From Octopus sinensis (taxonomy: Eukaryota): DNA of 64,000 nt. The first letter of the stretch is position 1. The number at the start of each line of letters is the position of its first letter. Both the position numbers and the translations under genes were made by a program. A model generated the notes under the pieces. It saw only the letters and a list, made by a program, of their open reading frames with translations. It was not told where the DNA came from and made no database searches. Below, one piece after another: positions 16,001 through 31,000 of this stretch. The stretch spans positions 20,026,001 to 20,090,000 of the forward strand of contig NC_043002.1 of assembly GCF_006345805.1 (NCBI RefSeq), in the 5' to 3' direction.

Positions 16001-19000
16001 TAAGTTGATTACAGCGACCCCAGCATTCAATTGGTACATATTTTATCCACCTCAGAAGGATGAAAGGCAAAGTTGACCTTGGCAGAAATTGAACTCAGAA
16101 TGCATAGACGGACGAAATACCGCTAAGCATTTTGCCTGACATGCTAACAATTCTGCCGGCTTGTGGCTTTAATAAGAGTCACAACTGAAAGTTATGTAAA
16201 CATACCACAGCTGTGGAACAGATTTACTTAATTTGAACAAAGCACAAAGAACAACATTTACACAAAGTAAGATAAAAAAAAAAGTGAGTATTGACCTGGT
16301 TTTTGATACCACATCATCAGTTGGAGCTAAAATACTGGCTGGCTTTTGGTTGGTTTCACTAAATGCACTGTGTCCCATCAATAGGATCTGTGACAGCCCA
16401 ATGGTCATAGAATCCCGAGCCCTGTGCAGGCGGATGGTAACCATGGTGACAACCTCAGGCCGAATCAGCTGGAGACGGATGAAGCCAAGACTGCAAGTCA
16501 TCAATGGCGCACTCATCGGTGTCACAGTAATCCCATCATGGCTGACCTCCAGAGAAACATAGGATGGACAAGCTGAAAGTAAAAAAAACAAAAAACATGA
16601 ATACCACACAAATCTATATCATAGAATTTCTAGTGTGTGAGACAAAATGTTTTGTGATAATTTAGTTACATTCCTTTAAGTTCAAAGTTTCCAAGTGAAA
16701 ACATTTTAAGGTTGATAAAATTTTTTTTTAAATGATGTCCCAGCATAGCTGCAGTCCAACGACTGAAACTAGTAAGAGAATAGAGAAAATGCTTTTTGTG
16801 GTAGATATAAGATTACTACATCCCAACAATGACAAAGAATTCGATAAGTCAGAAACTACTTACTGGATAATGAGGTATTGTGAGGTGAAATCTGGACCTC
16901 TTTCAACAGAATGGCAAATGGCAATTGTATTGTTAAGTCAACCCATGTCTCATCTGGATAGAAGTGATAGGACCAAGCTGCTGACCTGGCCCTCCGGTGA
17001 GGAGGTGATGCTTGAATAAGTACTTCAGCAGGTGTAGCTGTGGGGCTACTTGAAGATATGGAGCCTGTAAAAAGAAAGCAAACAGCAATTTCAATAGGAC
17101 TTATTTCTGGCTTAAACACAATAATTAAACCCTTTCAATTTTTGTTTATAACCTTTCATGTGGTTTCCACAGCTAGCATAGGTGAAGAGGCATATATGAA
17201 TTTGATGACCTCCTGCTAACTGATAGAAAGAAAAATATACATTTTACTGTTTTATATCGATTTCCCCTCAATTGTGAGCTAAATATCTTTTGCAAACTTG
17301 AATGTTTCCACATTACTGGAAGACTTGTATGAGCACTGGACAAAATGTCTCGCCATAATTGTCTCTTACATTTTGCATTCAAATCCTATTGTAGTGAACT
17401 TTCAACCTTTACTTTTGGAGCTGAGTAAATAAGTACCAGTCAAGGACTGGGATTGATTAAATCAAGTGTTCCCACTCCACAACATACAGCCTTGAGCCAA
17501 CACAAGAAATATTATTGGATGGTGTAACATTTTTATAGTTGGGTATTACAGAAATGAGTAATGTAAGTAATTAAAATGCTTTTATACATTGCAATTCACA
17601 CTATTTGCAACACCAAGTTATACATGGTATCTGTTTAAAGTGAAATGATCTGAGTTAGCTACAGGTCAGTGTCTTGGCCACAGACTCAGTATGGTGACAA
17701 TACCAAAATACAAACTACTAGTTATTTGTTTGTATCAGTTTGGTAAACTCTGAAACTGGCTCAAGTGAGCAGCAATCCTTACATAGTCTGTATCTAAAAC
17801 AGTCATAAGTAATTTCATTTTGTGTTCATGAAATACAAATTCGAAGTAGACAACCCAAAAGCTTAACAGAATGATTAAGAAACAGGCAGGCTGTCAACAA
17901 TAGCTAATTTCTTTGAGAGGTTTACTTACCAAGGGGAGCAAAATTCTGTAGAATATCATTACAGTCAGTGTTAGTGGAATTGACATTGAGCCGGTGGGCA
18001 CTGGGTAGCCGGCTATTGTTACTATTGTTTAAGTTCTGCATCATTGTAGAGATAAGACCAGGGCTAGTGTTGACAATCTTCTGACTGCAACTTACCAGGT
18101 TGTTGCAAATCACATCGACAGCCCCTACAGAAATATAAATTAAAGAAAAATATGAATAAATGAAATAAAGAAATACATAGTGGTGACAATAACTGTGGAT
18201 CTTCAGACAAGCAGAGTTAAGTGTCCTCCACAAAAAATACTACAAAAGGAGTTAAGTGTCTCTCTCTAGTACAATGCAGGAGGTGATTGTTAGTAAAATT
18301 AAATATCTTGTAAGAAAATACAGCATGATGTGAACTTGTAACCTAGAAGTCACAAGTGCAATACATTACTCTCCTAGAAACTATTTCTCATTAAAGAAAT
18401 TAAAGGACTTTTTTAAGCAGGAGAAGAAATTTTTTGTTAAAGGGTCAACAGAATAACCAAGAGGATTCACTGTGTGAGTTCACAAATTTTATTGGTGTCA
18501 AATGAATAAATTGCAAAACTTGTTCTAATAAGATTTCAATTCAAACAGATGAGGTAACAAACTAGATGTCAACCATTTTAGGCTCATGGGAGATTTTGCA
18601 GTGCATTTATAGACATTGTACATATGTAAACATAATGTGATGATAGGGGCACTCTTATAAAAAGTAATTTTCAATTGCCAAAATATTATGTTATGCTGTT
18701 TTTCCTTCATGCTACTTTCCATTTATTAAGCAACTAAGAGAGTTTGCTTGTTCCAGTATAAATAACAAGTGTTTTATCAAAAGCTCTACAATATTGCTGG
18801 TGATATTTCATAGCTAAGATTAGGAGGTGCAGTTCTTTTGAGTTGAGAGATTAACCAATAAGCAGCTATGGTCATATATACAATTGTTGTATATATGACC
18901 ACTAATGTGCTTAAATGGTCCAGTTCATTTAGTGGAGTAACTACTCTCAGGTCGAAGTCCATCAATCATCACCTTCATAACAGTGGTAGGGGAATCTATC

Positions 19001-22000
19001 AATTCATCAGAACCCTAATTACTAAGCAAGCTACACCTAAACCAGAATCATAATCACTCAGTAATCCGTTACTCTCATTAAAAGAAATGAAGACTGAAAA
19101 CAACAACAGAAAAAAAACTAGTGCATATGCTTCAATAGAAAACCACCTTGAATCCCAAACAACTTTCATTCTAACATAATTCTATAATTTTAAGTGACCA
19201 AAACTGTTTGGACTCTTCCTTAAAATAAAATGCTATGCAATACAGATTTGTAATGATTCCAATATAAATGGAATTGACCAAGTGAAACTAATGTGTAATT
19301 GTACTTGCCCATAAACAAAAATAATATGCAAAGGTACTCACCCATTTGAAGGAACATTTTCACAGCGTTGCTGTTATTTAGTACTTTCAGTATAAACCAG
19401 AGTAGTGGATCAGAAAGTCGACAGAGACTGTGCCCCTGTACATACTGTCTGCCCCCACTGGACAGGTACACAAACAAAGACTCCAGCACAAGTTTAATGT
19501 CCGAACACTTATTGGTCAAAGTAACTAATATTTGGTATACGCCGTCTCCGACGGAAAGGGGTTCTCCTATTCCAAATGTATCGTACCAGCATGAGGAAGA
19601 GGCACCTATCCCGTTGCAAATGAGTGATGCCATAGGGCTGCTGCTGCAGTAGCTCAGAGTATGTATCAGGCTGGACATGATCTGCTGGTGACCAACAATG
19701 ATGTCGGCCAGGTAGGTAGTGTTGTCATTGGGGTCACCAGCTGGCTGCCCACCAAGTCCACTGGAAGCAGACACGCCCTTCTCCTCAAAAGTTTCTTGCT
19801 CTTTCTCATCATCTGAACGAGACAGGTTGCGAAGTGGGGAAGAAGCAAGCACATGACTAAGCTTAGCTGAGTCTGGCATAGGGGCAGCTGTGAAGGGGGT
19901 AGACAAATTAGGGAGGTGGTGTGTACTTGTACTTTCTGCTGTATCTGTTTGGGGAGGGTTCCGGGAAAAGCGAGCTGGTAGTGGAATCTGGACAAGAATG
20001 TTGACAAGTTTCACAAGGCTGCACATAAATCTATCACGGCTGGCGTCACCAGTATTTGAGCTTGTATCAACACCTCGAAAGAGGCTAGCAAATAAACCAC
20101 CAAAGCAGAAGCGAGCATTGATTCCGTCATCTCCTGCCTTGCGGCATACCACTAGCTCCTGACACAGGATGTGTTGGTGAACTAGAGAACTGATAGCCTC
20201 TACTACACTGATTGCATTGCTGACATCAACTTGTTCATATTTTAGACAAAGGACAAAATCTAAAAAGCGACATTGTGCATCCAGAGGTCCAGAGCTGTTG
20301 TAAAAGGCTCCTCTGGAAAGAAAAGAAAAAAATAAGAGTTAATATCAAAACAGTATTTTTTTCTTTACAAGTTGATAAAATATTGATTTTCATGCACAAG
20401 AAATTTATCTTGTAGTTGCACAAGTACAAGGTGCACCACAACCAAATTGTTGGACCCATTACTAACATGACATGCACCCTGTAGTAGAAACTTGATATTG
20501 CACTGGACTACAGCTGCATCACATTGCACTATTCATGCCAGATAAAAGTTACTTACAGAGCAAAAGAGAATCTAATGAAAGTGTATTTACCTGTCTGCAG
20601 TCAAAACGTACACCAGTTTTAGAAGAAGTTCTTTGAGTGTCATTTGTTCAGGTGCTTTCACTTCCAGTCGCTGGAGAAACTCATAGAAAGCTTTAGCAGC
20701 TGAAGGTCCAACCTAGCAGATAATAAAAAAACAATGATGATATACAGAAGTGCAGACCTATTGAGGACTTAATTTAAACAAAGTGCAGAGAAAATTTCTT
20801 ACAAATGGGAATAAACTGGAGGGAGAGAGAAAGAGAGAGATAATGCATGTATTATTTGTGTTTATTTACAAACACACACTTCTATTCATCAAATATAATT
20901 TAATTATTATTTTATCATCATTAAAACAGTGAGAAGGAGCTTGTGAGATGAAAGTTTTCAACAAGGTGTTATAAAAAAGTTTGTGCACCGTGTTAAAATA
21001 ATGCTTTTTTATATATTTTTGTGGTGTGTGTGTGCTCATTCAGTTCATGTCATGTTTGATGTATGTTTTTGATGACTATTGATTTGTGTTCGTAACAATG
21101 TGGCTATTATGAAAATTTATTGCTGTTTTCTATTTTCAGATATTTGATTACAAAATCACAAATTTTGAGCTTAGCATATTACTGTGTCATTACTGGAGAA
21201 AGAATTTGGATGCAAAAGCAGCTGCCAAAGCAATTTGCGACGTTGAAGGTGAAGGTATGGTGGCACTGCAAACTGCACAGAAATGGTTCAAGCATTTCAA
21301 TAAAGGTGATTTGGATCTTGAAGACGGGCCATGTTCTGTTTGATCAACGGTTTTGGACGAAGGAGACTTGCAAGCCATTTTGGATGTTGCACTCACAAAT
21401 TGGCCTAAGAACTTGGTGTTGATCAGAAGACAGTTTGGAATCATCTCAAGTAACTTTACTCTGTCCACAAAAAGCCACAACGAGATACACACGAGTTGAC
21501 CAAAACGCAAGCATCCAAATAAGTTGAAATCTGCTGCCAATTGCTCAACAATAAGTAGGATGACAGCTTTTGGAAGCGAATTGTGACATTAGACAAGTGG
21601 CTCTACCTGGTCAATCACGTTCAAAGCAAGCGTTGGATCCCAAAAGGTCAAACTCCTTGATCCATTCCAAAGCAAATTCAATTTGGAAAGAAGATGATGA
21701 TTTCCATTTGGTAGAACTTTGAAGGAATCTTGCATTTTGAACTTGTGCCGAATGGTCATGCCATCAATGCTAAACTTTACTGTGAGCAACTTGATCGAGT
21801 CTTCAATGCGCTGGTTGAAAAGTACCCAAGATTTGTTCGTCGAAAATGCACTTTGTTTCAACAACACAATGCAAAGCCGCATATGGCCAGAAAGACCAGC
21901 AACAAGATTGAAGAATTGGATAGTGTAGAAATTCTGTCACATCCAACCTATAGTCCAGATGTTGCTCCATCTGACTATGGTCTCTTCCGATCAACACAGC

Positions 22001-25000
22001 GTTTTATGAAAGGTCACCGATTTGAGTCATTTGATGAAGTTGAAGAAGCCTGTAAAGAATTTTTTTAATTCAAAGCCGAAGGATTGGTACTTTGACCAAA
22101 TCTGAAAGCTTGCAGATCATTGGCAGAAGGTCGTGGAAAATGATGGTCTTTATTTTGAAGAATAGTTGTTGTTTTTAAATAAATTCTTGCATAAAAAAAA
22201 ATCATTATTTTAACACAGCGCACAAACTTTTTCCTTACCCTAGTAGAATTCCAAACAAGTGAATATCAAAAGCTGCCCCAACTGAGCTGCAGTTAACACA
22301 CAGCTGCACCTAATATACAAAGTCACAACGTTACAAATTCAACTAAATGCCCTATCTTTGTGATCCCTTAAACAAAGAAATCTAGTAATTGATATATGGA
22401 CTCTTATTAGGTGGTTATCATATATACTAAGGTCTTTAAATTAAAATATCAATTATAACTGATTCAGCACAAGGAAATTGGAAGACACAAGAGTGGAGAA
22501 AAGGTTCCATATGAAGAACACCAAGAAATGTATACAATATAAATATGTATCATTAATTTATAAAAATAGATAATCTGAATGCAATAGAGGTTTGATAAAA
22601 AAGATTATAGTTACCTGTTGGTATCGTAAAGTTAAGGCTGATGGACCTGTATTGGTGGAGCTGGACAGAAATCGTATTAAGACATTCATGAAATTGGGGT
22701 TTGAGAGAATGACAGAAGCCATGGGTTTCCCAACAGTTAGATTGCCATGAGACACCCACTGGTTGCAGAGCAATGTGAGGGTTTGGAATGCAAGTACCCA
22801 GGTGCGGACAGGAATGTTGGGCATGTAAGAGAGGGCTTCAAGAAGAGTGTTTACAAAAGAAGGGTTCAGCATTATAAGAGGGGTTTTGCTAGAGTCAAAT
22901 ACTACTGGCTGTCCGCTGCTAACACCGGCATCTTCATGGTTGCTGTCTTCATTCAACATTAACCAAAGCTGAAGCAAAGTGTCTAAATGGACTTGTTGAC
23001 TCAAAAGCTGAGAGGTCATGTGATCATAGCACATGCAAAGCATTCCTGCAGAACTGGTTGTCTGAAACTGAAGACAAGAAATAAAAATTGTATAAGTAAG
23101 ACCATAGCAAATTTACATAATATTTCATTTACTAAGTTCAAATCCTATTAAAACTATAAATTTTACAGTTCATGCTGATATTTACTTGATAAACTAAGAG
23201 CAACAATGGTTATTTCTAAAACAGGCACAAAGCCACACATTTTGAAAGAGGAAGCCTTTAACTTGACCAGTACTCATTTTATTAATCTGACCTCCGTGCC
23301 GGTGGCACATAAAAAGCACCATCCAATCGTGGCCGTTGCCAGCCTCCTCTGGCACCTGTGCCGGTGGCACGTAAAAAGCACCCACTACACTCAGAGTGGT
23401 TGGCGTTAGGAAGGGCATCCAGCTGTAGAAACACTGCCAGATCAGACTGGAGCCTGGTGCAGCCTCCTGGCTTCCCAGACCCCGGTCGAACCGTCCAACC
23501 CATGCTAGCATGGAAAGCGGACGTTAAACGATGATGGAGGATAAAGGACAAAGTTACACCAAGAAAGGTAAGGAGAAGCAACGGCAGAACATTTAGTCTA
23601 ATACACTAAAGTACTGATGGACAAGTCTTTTCAGTTCTGCATTTGAAATAACGACCTTACCAGAGAGTTTCTACACCTGCAAGAAACAGCAGCCAAACCT
23701 CCCTTAAATCATATCCAAGTATCTTAAAACAAGAGGGTCACATTGATATTACAGTCCTAGATATATTATCTAGTAATTTTATTGACCATACATTTACAGG
23801 ATGTAGCTGACCTAGTGCTAAACAACAATATTAACAGTAATCAAAGTAAAATGATCATACTTGTGTTGGGCTGGTACACTGTATTATCTCACTCAGTTCA
23901 TCATCTGTGCTGGAAAATTGGAATGGTTGGAAAAAGTGCCAGATTGGAGGGGCAAGTGGCAGACGTGCATTGAATGCTCCCTGGACAGAAACCATCTGAT
24001 AAGAAAGCATCACCTGAAGAAGAACAACAACAACAGTTAGAATGAAAACTATACATTATAAATCTTTTGTCTGCCAAACCAAATAACCATTTACCTTATT
24101 TACTTGGGGATAAATTGCACTATTTTATATTTGATTTTTAACTGGAAAAACTGGGATGCAAGTTATACTAAAACTATGAAAGAAAAACATTTTGTACAAA
24201 GATTTAATACTAAGTACAGTAAGTTTCTTTAAACAACACTGCCATAAAGACACCATTTTTAGTTTATTTGTAAGCAAATTCTTTTTATAGTGTATCATCA
24301 TTATTTTACATCCACTTGTGATACCAGTGCCGATGGCACGAAATAGAACCATCCTAACGTGGCCGTTGCCAGCGCCGCCTCGACTGGCCTCCGTGCTAGT
24401 GGCACGTAAAAAGCACCCACTACACTCACGGAGTGGTTGGCATTAGGAAAGGCATCTAGCTGTAGAAACACTGCCAGATCAGATTGGGCCTGGTGCAGCC
24501 TCCTGGCTTCCCAGACCCCAGTCAAACCGTCCAACCCATGCTAGCACGGAAAGCGGACGTTAAACGATGATGATGATGATTCTCCATGTTGGTATGGATT
24601 TGACAGATGTGATACCATTTCCTCACTTACTGCCCCACTTTGCTTTGTATTCTGCTGCAATCCATCACCTGCCATACACAGAAAAAATGGCCAACTCAGT
24701 TGCTGTTTATGTTGCTGGAGATGCAATGGCAAATGTGCATGAGGTTGTCAGCAGTATACTGATACTATTCCCATGGCATTAGGCAGGATGGTCATTTAAG
24801 TACTAAGAAAGATACTTATTGTGTTGGCATCCATGCTAATAGACTAATGCTGGCTGAGCCTACAAGGTCAGAATACGCAGTTGGTGGTGGAAAGATGTGT
24901 ATTGTCATTTCTTGTAGAAATGAATATAAACACAAGGGAAAAAAAGAGAGAGGGAAATAAGAGAAAGAGTACATGAATGAATGAGAAATAATGTATTAAT

Positions 25001-28000
25001 GCAAGACATTTAAATAGAAATGTTAAAGCAATCTTAGTTTCTTGGGCTCATCAAATCAAAATCACACTATTAGCTCAAAAGTTTCTTCTAAGTTCCATAC
25101 TTTTCCATTTTGACTGTGTAGTATTGAATAAAACACATATCTTGCAGTCCATACTGTCATTTCTTGTCTGGTTAAATGTGCTTAAGAGTTTACATACATG
25201 TTAAGATTTTTTTTTCATATGTTATTTTCCTGAAGCTTCAAATTATAATCAATATTCAAACATATTAATGTCTATTAATTTTAATTACTAAGACCATCAA
25301 GTTTCCTTTGTGACTTCAAACATTAGTAAATCTATTTAAATGGCTGGAAAAAGAAATGCCAGGTTGGAGAGACTAGAGGTAGACAAACATCAAGTTATGG
25401 AAATTCTGTTTTGTTTTTTTCTTTCTTAATTAGTGAGCCACAGTTAATTTCCAGGTACAAAACTTGATTACAGAACCAAATGTATGCATTAATTCCATTT
25501 ATTACATTGGTCTGGCAGCATCAATAACCTGCTAGAATCAACATCCAAACCTACCACAAATCCATTGGGCGAGATACTCTATACCTGAAAAGGCTGAATG
25601 GTTACAGTTGCAATGCCTGCTGAGTCAGGTCTAACCTGAACCTAAACAAGAGTCACTTGTGACCTACAGAAGATGGTAGTGACAATTGCAGAATGAAACA
25701 TTTTGACATTTCAGTAGAATTTTATACAAATGAACCACCATTAACAAAAAAAAAAAAGAAAAGAAAAAAAAGACACTTACTCGCAAGCCAAGCTCAGCTT
25801 GAAGTTGTAAGCCAAGTTCCAAGCGGAAATCCACAGCTGCTGATAATCCTTGAGGCCCAAGGAGAGATTTTCCATAGTCAAATTTGGATTTACATTGTTT
25901 CATTTTCTGTTTCTTTTCATCCGGGTAATAAACACTGTCAATATAAGATTTAACATTTGATACCACAATTGAATCAACTGGTAAGTATCTAAGAGCAAGA
26001 CTCTTCAGACTCCTGAATCTTAAAAAATACTTAAGATAGGAAGATGTTATTGGCTGTCTTGTTCAGTTTATAATGTAACATTAGTATTTAATAATAATAA
26101 TCTTAACATAGTCTTCTTTTTCTTTCTTCAAGTTCACAGATGCCATGTCCCCCAAAAGTGTAGGAATTTAATATTACAATCCTGTGCTTTTTTTCTTTAA
26201 GCAGCCTCACTTGAAAACCTGAATACACATTAGTTGGTGCATGTAATTTGATGACAGTAACACAATAAACCAATACCACTACACTTTTAGCAAAACTCTG
26301 ATGAAACAAGTAGAAAGGTAGTAATGAAAACAAAACAAAACATTTCTAACATGCAGAAAAGTAGAAAATCTAAAAGAATAGACATATTAGAGAATATTCT
26401 GATATTCACAAAGCCTGATCTACTCCAGTGATCTATTGGGAACTATAAAACTGATAGCACTTTAAAGACTGAAGTTTATGAAAACCTTCCAATTAGCACA
26501 TGACATGTTTATAGTGAAATGTGAACATTTTCCAATAGAAAAAAATCCAGCTTTATTTAGTTCCTGAACTGATTGTTTTAGAAGGTGAGAAAAATCAAAA
26601 TCTTACGAAGCTAGTGCATCTGGAGTATTGTTGCCATCTGCTGACTGGACAGACTGGATAGAGCCCTCATCACAATCCAGTCCAGGGGGTGGCTTAGATT
26701 GAACTCCTACCATGAACTCCTGAAATTTAGCAGCAGCATCATCATCATATTCATTTTCTTCCAGTAAGAAATCCAAGTTAGTCTTTGATGTTGATTCTTT
26801 TGATTGACCAAGTTCAGAGTCTACAGTTTGAGATTGAATACCAAAATATCAATTTAATAGATTCTTTTAAAAATAGCAAATTTTCATAAATAAAACATAT
26901 AAGGCTAACAAATTCCAGTATTGGTTTAAAAAAAACCAAAGCTAAATAGAATAAGCAGAACCTGTGAGAAAACCTTGATGGACAGTATTCTCAGATTTCC
27001 TCAACAGATTATTTCAGAATAAATGTTGAATGATAAAGTCAATCAGCAAACAACTAAGTTGATGTGTTAATATACAAGAGAAAATATGTCACGGTAAGAT
27101 TTTTATTGAAAAATTTCTTCATGCCATTGTAAAATATGTCCTTTGGTTTCAAACAGACTAGTTTTAAATTTCATACAGACATTAATTCCATCCCCCTAGG
27201 GTCAATAAAATAAGGCACTAGCTGAATACTGGTGGTAATGGAAATTGTTTCTCTCACCACAAATTCCGGGCCTTGTGCCTATGTTAGAAAATTATATGAT
27301 CTCAACTGGGACTTGTTTAATGACTGTCTTAATGCTACATTCAGGAAGCTTGGGAGATTAACAAAGTGTGCTTTTATCATACAAATTGTTTTAAAACGTT
27401 TACCTGTTGCCATATGTGGGAAGGTTTTTATGACTGACAAATTATTTTTCAACTACTGAATGAGCCCAAAATCTAGCAGCTTCTGTGTCTGTGAAAGAGG
27501 TAAGTGTGATGTGTGTCTAGCAATAGTGTATCTTAGATCTTTATTTAAAACCCTTTTGATGCCAACCCACCCGAAATTACACTTGAGTCTATAATACAAA
27601 CTTTCTCTTTACAGTGATCTACGTTAAAAGCTTCCTTCAAAATTTCATGTTAATTTCTGTTCCAAACACCAGATTAATAATGGCAAAGTTATTTTACTAA
27701 ATTCTTCATTATTTTCAAAATTAATTAAAACAAAGGCTGTATATTTCAACAGAAATATGGTAGCAAATGGGTCAAAGCATCTTTATTAAACTGTATTTTT
27801 ATAAAATGGTATCATCATCATTTAACGTCTGTTGTCCATGCTGGCATGGGTTGGATGGTTTGACTAGGCTGGCATGCTGTGCCAGGCTCCAGTCTGATTT
27901 GGCATGGTTTTCTATGGCTGGATGCCCTTCCTAACACCAACTACTCCGAGAGTGTAATGGGTGGGTTTATGTACCACTGGCACAGGTGCCAGTTTGTATG

Positions 28001-31000
28001 ACACTGGTATCTGCCATGACTGCAATTTTGCTTTGTTTGATGGGTCTTCTTCTCAAGCACGACATGATGCCAAAGGCCTTGATCACTGCCTCTGTGAAGC
28101 CCAACACTTGAAAGGAACTTGGCCACTTTGCCTTCATGAGGCCCAACGCTTGGAAGGAACTCCGCCATTTCACCCCCATGTGGCCCACTCGAAAGGAAGG
28201 TATACATGGTAACAAGTCATAGGGAGAGTAAAAAAGATTTTAATCTGAGCTAGTTAGATTAGAACTTAGAAAACCAGACATCATAAAAGAAAGGATTCAA
28301 AGCTGAAAGAGAAGTGCTGTATTATAAATATGCTCAGAGTTGAACTGATGATCCTAATTATGCACTTTGGACAGAATGACATCTAAACAGTGACGATAGC
28401 TACTTTACATTTACTAGATACATAAATATCTTGGAGTAAACTAGCAAACAGACTGAATTATACCAAGTGATAATGGAATAAAAAGATGAAAAGTACAAAC
28501 CAGTGGCATCAATGGCTTCAACTGCCATAGCATCTAATGAAGGTATAGGAAGGCTTCCAGACAAGGAATCCAATTTGTCATTCACAGCAGCTGATATGTC
28601 ATCATCTGTGACTCCCTCCAACGGGCTACTAGCAGGATAGAGTCGTTCACCTGGGAAGACAGAAAACAACAGTAAATGAGTAAACAGGGATGCAAACATG
28701 GCCATCTTAAGATTTTTACTTCACAACCCTATGGTTACCAGTTCACTCCCACAGTGCAGTACTTTGGGCAAGTCACTTTTACTAAGGTTTTGAAGTGAAT
28801 ACAGCATTGCAAGTGGAATTTGAAAGATGTAAATTGTGCACAAATCTGCTCTATTTCAGCAACAAAAGATGTAAACAACAATGTCATGATCGTTTTACAT
28901 CTATTTTATTACACTGACAAACATGGAGAGAAAGAGGAGAGAGGGGGGTAACAGAAGACAGTATGATAGGAGGAGAGAGGAAGATGAACAGAGAATTAGA
29001 AAAGAAGAGAAAGAGAAGAGGGTGAGAAAACCAATAAATTAGTGCTTTGAATGAAGTATCTTGGGATATTTACACGTACATTCCTTTATTCTCACATCAG
29101 AAACCTGTAACCAGTAACATTACTATGTACAAAATGCTATAAAAAAAAAGCTAATAAATAAAACAAACTAGGTACTTACCATCTAAGATGTCTTGTAAAA
29201 GACAAGTAATTGCATGCCCAGCCCAGGGGCCTCCCCAAGCAACGGTGCCATGGTTGAAATCTTGGTTAGCTGCCAAAAGGATTAACTGCTGAAGTTGGTC
29301 TTGGGTCATGGCCTCTGACAAACAAATGGCTGGTCTTGTTGCCAAGCAAATTCGTGCTAAAACCTGAATAGTATTAGAAAAAAGGCAACATCAGCATTAG
29401 GATTAAAATGACAAAATGGGGCAAAATCCATAAAGAAAGAACAATTTCAATTCTCATTATCTACTTTATTTTGCTGTTTATTGACAGCTTTTCTGGTGTC
29501 TTCATTCAGAGAGGGGGGGGGGGTAAAGAGTTCTTGTATGTTTTGTAGTTATTTTTTAAAATCTAAACAAGACAATCATTGATCTCAGAAAGGGAAGGCA
29601 GCTTTTCCAAACTATGGTTAATACAAAATTATGACATCAATCTTTCATAAGCCTAAGTTTAAATCACTCACCCACAGCATTTAACAATGGTTTTTCATTG
29701 TCAGAAATGAGGGGCTTATTTGTGTTATTAATACCCACCACTACCAATATCTTAATAACCTTATTTTATCAACCCCAGAGCAATAAGAAGGGTAGAGTTG
29801 ACTGCACTAAGGTTGGAATTTCAAGTATTGAGACCAAATTAGAGCATCCACTGAACTACCACATCACAGCATCTGGCTTAGTCCCATACTCCAGACTGCC
29901 ATTTCTATTCAACTATTAACAACAGCATCTAGCTAAGTTCCACATTGCTACATTGTAGTTGATGGTATAAGCAACAACCAAAGTGGTAAAGTGGTAGAAA
30001 CAGAAGAGTAGCTTAGTACCTTTCAGTATTTAGAGTGGGCCTACATTCAGAGTTTCAAATGCAGAGGCCGTAAAGTATCAGTCAACTATTACAGTTCATT
30101 CAAGAATATATGAATATTTGTAAATTTGTATCAATCTGAGGGATCATTAACAATTCTTCCTAATTTTGGCAAGAGGGAGCAAATCTGAGAAAAGAGGGAA
30201 GCCAATTGCATTGATACTAGTACTCAACAGGTACTTATTTTATTAACCCCCAAAAGATGAAAGGCAGGGTTGACCTTGGTAGAATTTCAACTCAGAATGT
30301 CAAGAGCTGGAAGAACTGCTTCATTAACAACAACAACAACTTACATATCAGTAAAAAAAGAATATTATGTAAAATTTTAAATCTTGGTGGTATTTGTATT
30401 TGGACGAATGAGCAACTGAAGTAGAAAGAGTAAATCTTCCAGTTTTATGTCTCAGTTATGATGAGAATCTGTTGTACAGATATAAAGGAATGTAATATGG
30501 AAGAGAGAGAAAACGGATCTTTTCGGTTTGAACGGTAGTTTTTAACATAATTTCTAGGTAACTAAAAAATTTTAAACTTCGTATACTGGTAGAATGTGTT
30601 TATAAAAGATCTTTTTCTCTTGGCTTTATTGAGAAAATTCTATAGTTTCTAAGATATTTATTGTTTTTTGTCTTCAATTTCTGCAATTTCAACCAATCGA
30701 TGACGTCCATTGAGTTAAAAAGTGTTCTGTGCCGGATGAATATGTCCCTCGTTTAAGAAACAGATTGGGTTTATTTACATTTGTGAAGAAAAAAAGATAC
30801 CCTTCCCCCACCCCTAACCAACCCTAACTAACCCTACCCTAAAAGAAATTGAAATGCAATAGATCAATACTAGGGTCATAATTATGGGTGACAATTTCAT
30901 ATGACACCGCTAGAAAAAACTGCCGTTCAAACCGAAAAGATCCGAGAAAACAGCGTAATCCTGAAGATATAAATGAATCTTTTACCTTGCTGGCCACAAG

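Noticed and set aside
21730-22068. Mariner ORF as an active or domesticated transposase
   Set aside because: Surrounded by stops and frameshifts, catalytic D changed to H (FQQHNA), and a premature stop before the C-terminus.
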